Of a DNA stretch of 64,000 nt, positions 60,248-64,000 are shown piece after piece. The notes beneath the pieces were generated by a model. The model ran no database searches. It had not been told where the DNA came from and saw nothing but the letters and a program-made list of their open reading frames with translations. This DNA is from Trichodelitschia bisporula (lineage: Eukaryota). A program made the position numbers and the translations under genes. How positions within the stretch are numbered: position 1 is the first letter of the stretch; every line of letters starts with the position of its first letter. The stretch covers positions 1,462,579 through 1,526,578 of the forward strand of contig ML996688.1 of assembly GCA_010356995.1 (NCBI GenBank), written 5' to 3'.

Positions 60248-60781
60248 CTAGCCCTTCCACTCCTTGTGCACTCCCAAGTCCCCTTCAACCTCAACCCCGT
60301 ACTCGTCCTCATACTTCGGAATCTCGAAATCCCACTCCTCATCCCCAAGCCCCTCATCATCAACTTCCTCCTCGCCCCGAATGCGGAACACAACCACCGC
60401 CTTGTCCCTCAGCCCCAGAACCTTCAAGTTCATCGATTCCAAAGGCCTCGTCTCCTTGGTCTTCTGCTTGCTCTTCGAATTCGCCACCGGCGTGGTAAAA
60501 GGATCAGGCTTGTCGTCTTCTGGACTCTGGGAGACGTCGATCCGGTCAAAGCCCTGCTCTATGTTGAGGGGGTTGCGCGGCACGGCGAGCTGAATCTGGG
60601 ATGGAGAGGAGGGGACGGGTGGTGAAGTAGAAGAGTCGAGGCCCTTGGCTGTGGAGAGGATCTCGAAGAGGTCGGCTTTGACGGCCGCGATGTCGTTCAT
60701 GGGATTGACATGGAGGAGGATGGTCGTGCGGCGCCATTTCAGGCGCCAGATCCAGGTTTCTTGGTTTGGCTTGACGGACAT
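60248..60781 (-). CDS. Hypothetical protein, probable ubiquitin-like (Elongin B-like) fold
   Basis: ATG at 60781 gives 177 aa with coding-like codon use. WRLKWRRTTILLHV..IAAVKADL and LGLRDKAVVVFR resemble a beta-grasp pattern. The fold call is inference. Confidence 0.65.
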   Translation of the reverse strand: MSVKPNQETWIWRLKWRRTTILLHVNPMNDIAAVKADLFEILSTAKGLDSSTSPPVPSSPSQIQLAVPRNPLNIEQGFDRIDVSQSPEDDKPDPFTTPVANSKSKQKTKETRPLESMNLKVLGLRDKAVVVFRIRGEEEVDDEGLGDEEWDFEIPKYEDEYGVEVEGDLGVHKEWKG

Positions 60782-61414
60782 TGCTATCGTGCTTGTTTGA
60801 GTTTTGGGTTCAGGTGGGTTGATTAAGAGGAGGTTGCCTTTGCAGATTTCGTGGCCGGAATGTAGATGCGTAACGGTGTTCAGAAGGCGAAGGGGTGTGC
60901 TAGGAGGCATGGTTAGCGAACGGTATGTACCTTCCTCATCGATGCTTAGTTCCGGGTAACCGCACCGCACAACTACTACTATAAATGGGAATTACAAAGA
61001 TTGGTCCAAGACTAAAGTTCGTTCGGCCAAGGTACAGCTTCGTAGCCTTGCGGACAAAAGTACCGAGTGTGAAAATGGAACGGAGAGCAGGGAAAGGGCG
61101 CAGGTGGTGGAAGACATACTCAACTTGACATTGGAGAGGCTTGTAAGCAACGGAGTAGATATCTGTTACAAAGCCTTGATACAGAAAAATGTTTCTATCT
61201 CGTGAAGATCGAGGTCATTCTTTCGAGGCACCTCCGCTTGCAGATGCGCCTCGACCGGGGTGTTTGCGGAGAAATATCTTGGCATCAGAATCCCGAAGTC
61301 GAAGCTTCCCACGACCCCAACCTCGCGCATCTCACCAATCCAACCCACCACATCGCCGCGATACTCCATCCAACCCTCCCACACGCATCCCACCTCACGA
61401 CCACGCCACCCACC

Positions 61415-62065
61415 ATGTCCACCCCTTCCCCCTCCACCCCTTCCCCCTCCACCCCACCCGCCCCCCGCAACCCCTCCCTCCTCTCCAGCTACCGCAAACC
61501 CACCACCAACCCCAAAACCGAACGCCTCTCCCTCCCCCCAAACACACGCATGACGCTCGGCTTCGGCACCGCCTTCCTCGTCGGCAGCGGACTGGGCCTA
61601 GCCAATGGCGGCACAGCAGCAGGAATGCGCTTCCGGGCTGAAAACGCGCACCGCCTGCCCACCTCCCAGCAAGGGTGGTACTTCTACCACAAGAGCAAGA
61701 ACTACCACACACTACTAGGAGGGGCGCGGGAAGGCGGGCTCATGGGCCTCAAAGTCGGGCTATGGGTGACCGCGTTTTTGGTTATGGAGGAGGCGGTTGA
61801 TCAGAGTCGCGGTGCCGGAAGGAATAAGGATTTTCTGTCTACGCTGGTTGCCGCCGCGGCGACGAGTGGGGCGTTTAGTGCGTGGAATCGGTTTCCGATT
61901 ACGACGGCCGCGCGGACGGCGAAGATGGGGGTTAAGATTGGGCTTGGGTATGGGTTGTTGCAGGATGGGTTCAGTTATTTGCAGGGGAGGAGGTTGGGGT
62001 ATGTGGAGTTGGTGAGGAGCTTGGTTGGGAAGGGGGAGGAGTATCGGGATCCGAGTTTGCCTTAA
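61415..62065 (+). CDS. Tim17/Tim22/Tim23-like mitochondrial membrane protein
   Basis: RFRAENAHRLP..GWYFYHKSKNY followed by Gly-rich TM segments. Confidence 0.7.
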   Translation: MSTPSPSTPSPSTPPAPRNPSLLSSYRKPTTNPKTERLSLPPNTRMTLGFGTAFLVGSGLGLANGGTAAGMRFRAENAHRLPTSQQGWYFYHKSKNYHTLLGGAREGGLMGLKVGLWVTAFLVMEEAVDQSRGAGRNKDFLSTLVAAAATSGAFSAWNRFPITTAARTAKMGVKIGLGYGLLQDGFSYLQGRRLGYVELVRSLVGKGEEYRDPSLP

Positions 62066-62403
62066 GCGCCGTGGGGCCATGACAACAGACGGAGGCTCGA
62101 TTCCCCCTCGCTTGCGACCGGAATCCTCGAAGCGGCAACACCAGAAACGGGTGTCGGAACGTCGAGGCTACATCAGCTGTAGCTCGACAAGCCATTTGGG
62201 CTCGGCAGAAGACGAGCATCCCGGAGCGCTGAGGACGGCCGGATGGCAACTTTATCGAGGACAATCAGATCACCTGGCGCTGCCGCAGCGACCAGGGCAA
62301 AGAACATGATCCATGAGCGAACAGCTAGGAAGCATATAGGAACATGGAATACCAGTCAAAGTATCCAATACAGCCAATTTAAACCCACCAGACAATCAGA
62401 CAT

Positions 62404-63491
62404 CTACAACTTCGCCCCCATAAACTCCAAATTCACCGGCGTCAACGCCTTCCCGGTCTCAAAGAACGCCAATATGTTCTCAATCCCCAGCTTCTCAAAC
62501 CCAATATGGCTCTCCAGGCTCGCCCCCGCCGTATGGCTCAGCAGCAACACATTATCCATCCCTGCCAACTCCGGGTTAATATTCGGCTCATCAAAATGCA
62601 CATCCAAACCCGCCGCCACAATCTGCCCACTCCGCAACGCTCCCACCAGCGCCCCCTCATCCACCAGCTTCCCCCTCGCAATATTCACAAACCGCGCCCC
62701 GGGCTTCATCGCCGCAAATCGCAGCGCACACATCACCTTCTCCCCCGCAAACGGCGTGGCCAGCAACACGCAATCCGCCTCCGCTAGCATGGCGTCCAAC
62801 TCGGCGTAGTACGTCGCCTCGAGCGGAACCTCGACCGCGGGATCCATACGGCGGACATCATTATACAGCACCCGCATATGGCACGCCGCGCGCGCCTTCT
62901 GCGCCACCCGCACGCCTATCCTTCCCAACCCGATTATCCCCAAAGTGTGTCCGTTGGGGTTATGCGTACTCGCTGCGATATTCCGATTCGCATCCCAGAA
63001 GCGCGCGGGGTCGCAGGAACGTGCGGACGCAGCGCTCCACCCGAAGTTGCGGAATGTGTGGAGGATGAGCCACAGCGCGGCGTCGGCGACGCTCTCCGTG
63101 CAGGCGGCGGCGCTGTTGCAGTAGAGGATGTTGCGCGAGGCGAGGGCGCGCGTGTCGACCCAGTCGAAGCCGGCGCCGGCGGAGGTGAAGATGCGGCAGG
63201 TGGGGGGTAGGAGGGCGCTGGGGGGTTAGGGGTGGAGCTGGGAGGGGAGGGGGGGGGGCGAGGGGAGTACATGAGCTCCTCGTCCCAGTTGCCCATTTCG
63301 CCGCCTGTGTTCCAGAAGGGGCGGTACATGGCGGCGAAGTCACCGAATTGGTGTGTCTCCAGAGCACGCTTGAATTCGGCTCGTGGCATGCTGTGGCTGC
63401 GGACGATGGTGAAGCGGGTTTGGAGGAGGGCGTAGAGGTCATGGTTCCAGCGGATGTCGTCGCCGAGGTGGAGAATGGTGGGTTTAGCCAT
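62404..63491 (-). CDS. D-isomer-specific 2-hydroxyacid dehydrogenase (D-mandelate dehydrogenase-like)
   Basis: SAGAGFDWVD, LGIIGLGRIG, VNIARGKLVDE, GLDVHFDEP, SHTAG. One intron near 63218-63270 restores the frame. Confidence 0.9.
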
Positions 63492-64000
63492 GATGAGGCG
63501 TGGGATTGAAGGAATTGGGGATGTTCGTGGTGAGGGGAGCTCGTGGAGGAGATCACCAGATAGAAAGCCGGCTTATGCGTGCCAGCGTGGCGGTTCATGC
63601 AGGCGTGGTACAGATGCAGGTACCGCGAACCATGGGCGAGTCGTTCGTGTCATAGCTTACTCATGGGAAAAGAAGCGAGCGGTATGGCTCATCGGGTGGT
63701 ATCGAAGTGATAAGGCGGTGGAGATCATAGTTCAGCAGATAATGCGACTATCCTGGACGTCGGCCGTAGTGTAATGACCGTTATCGGAGACGAACAGAAT
63801 GCAAGGCAAAGGCGGTCGCTAGATGTTCGTTCTCTACATTGTGGATACTACTATGTATGCTCAAGTTAGCTATGTACAAGAAAAGATGCCATCATCGTTT
63901 ACTGAATGTCTTTCCAAAAGATGCCCTACGTAGTTGAGAAAGGGCACGGTGTTGAAGTCCGTTGTGCTTAGTCATCTTCGCTAAAGAGGCGACATAAAAG

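Noticed and set aside
62934..63270. Apparent frameshift in the mandelate dehydrogenase-like gene
   Set aside because: It is resolved by a canonical intron (about 63218-63270); the spliced frame is continuous.

Overview
Gene-dense, intron-containing chromosomal DNA from a filamentous ascomycete (Pezizomycotina, probably a Dothideomycete; inferred from short GT-AG introns with CTRAC branch points and from the gene families present). About 27 protein-coding genes can be supported, mostly housekeeping: SEC8, SUN-domain SLP1, SAT4/HAL5-type kinase, CaMKK, TRAPP BET5, a 2OG-Fe(II) oxygenase, an SDR, YOP1, an RFX factor, PTH1, an aldehyde reductase, SIS1, a derlin, CBF5, a Cdc34-like E2, CWC27, ALE1, PNC1, a Zn2Cys6 factor, DUF3605, an MDR enoyl reductase, kinesin-8, a BTB-like protein, a ubiquitin-like protein, a Tim17-like protein and a D-mandelate dehydrogenase-like enzyme. 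No tRNA, rRNA, CRISPR array or intact transposon was seen. The most interesting signals are: (1) an intronless orphan gene (17466-18458) combining PAM2-like motifs, 15-aa tandem repeats and a copia-Gag-like C-terminus, a possible domesticated retroelement gene; (2) a highly structured, H/ACA-like RNA inside a 385-nt derlin intron beside CBF5; (3) a structured 239-nt insert between 46-bp direct repeats at 53320-53650; (4) an SDR lacking the catalytic Ser and Lys; (5) an AUG-depleted leader of about 1.3 kb upstream of SAT4; (6) an Elongin-B-like gene convergent with a BTB-fold gene. All family calls come from motif recognition by eye; no searches were run.
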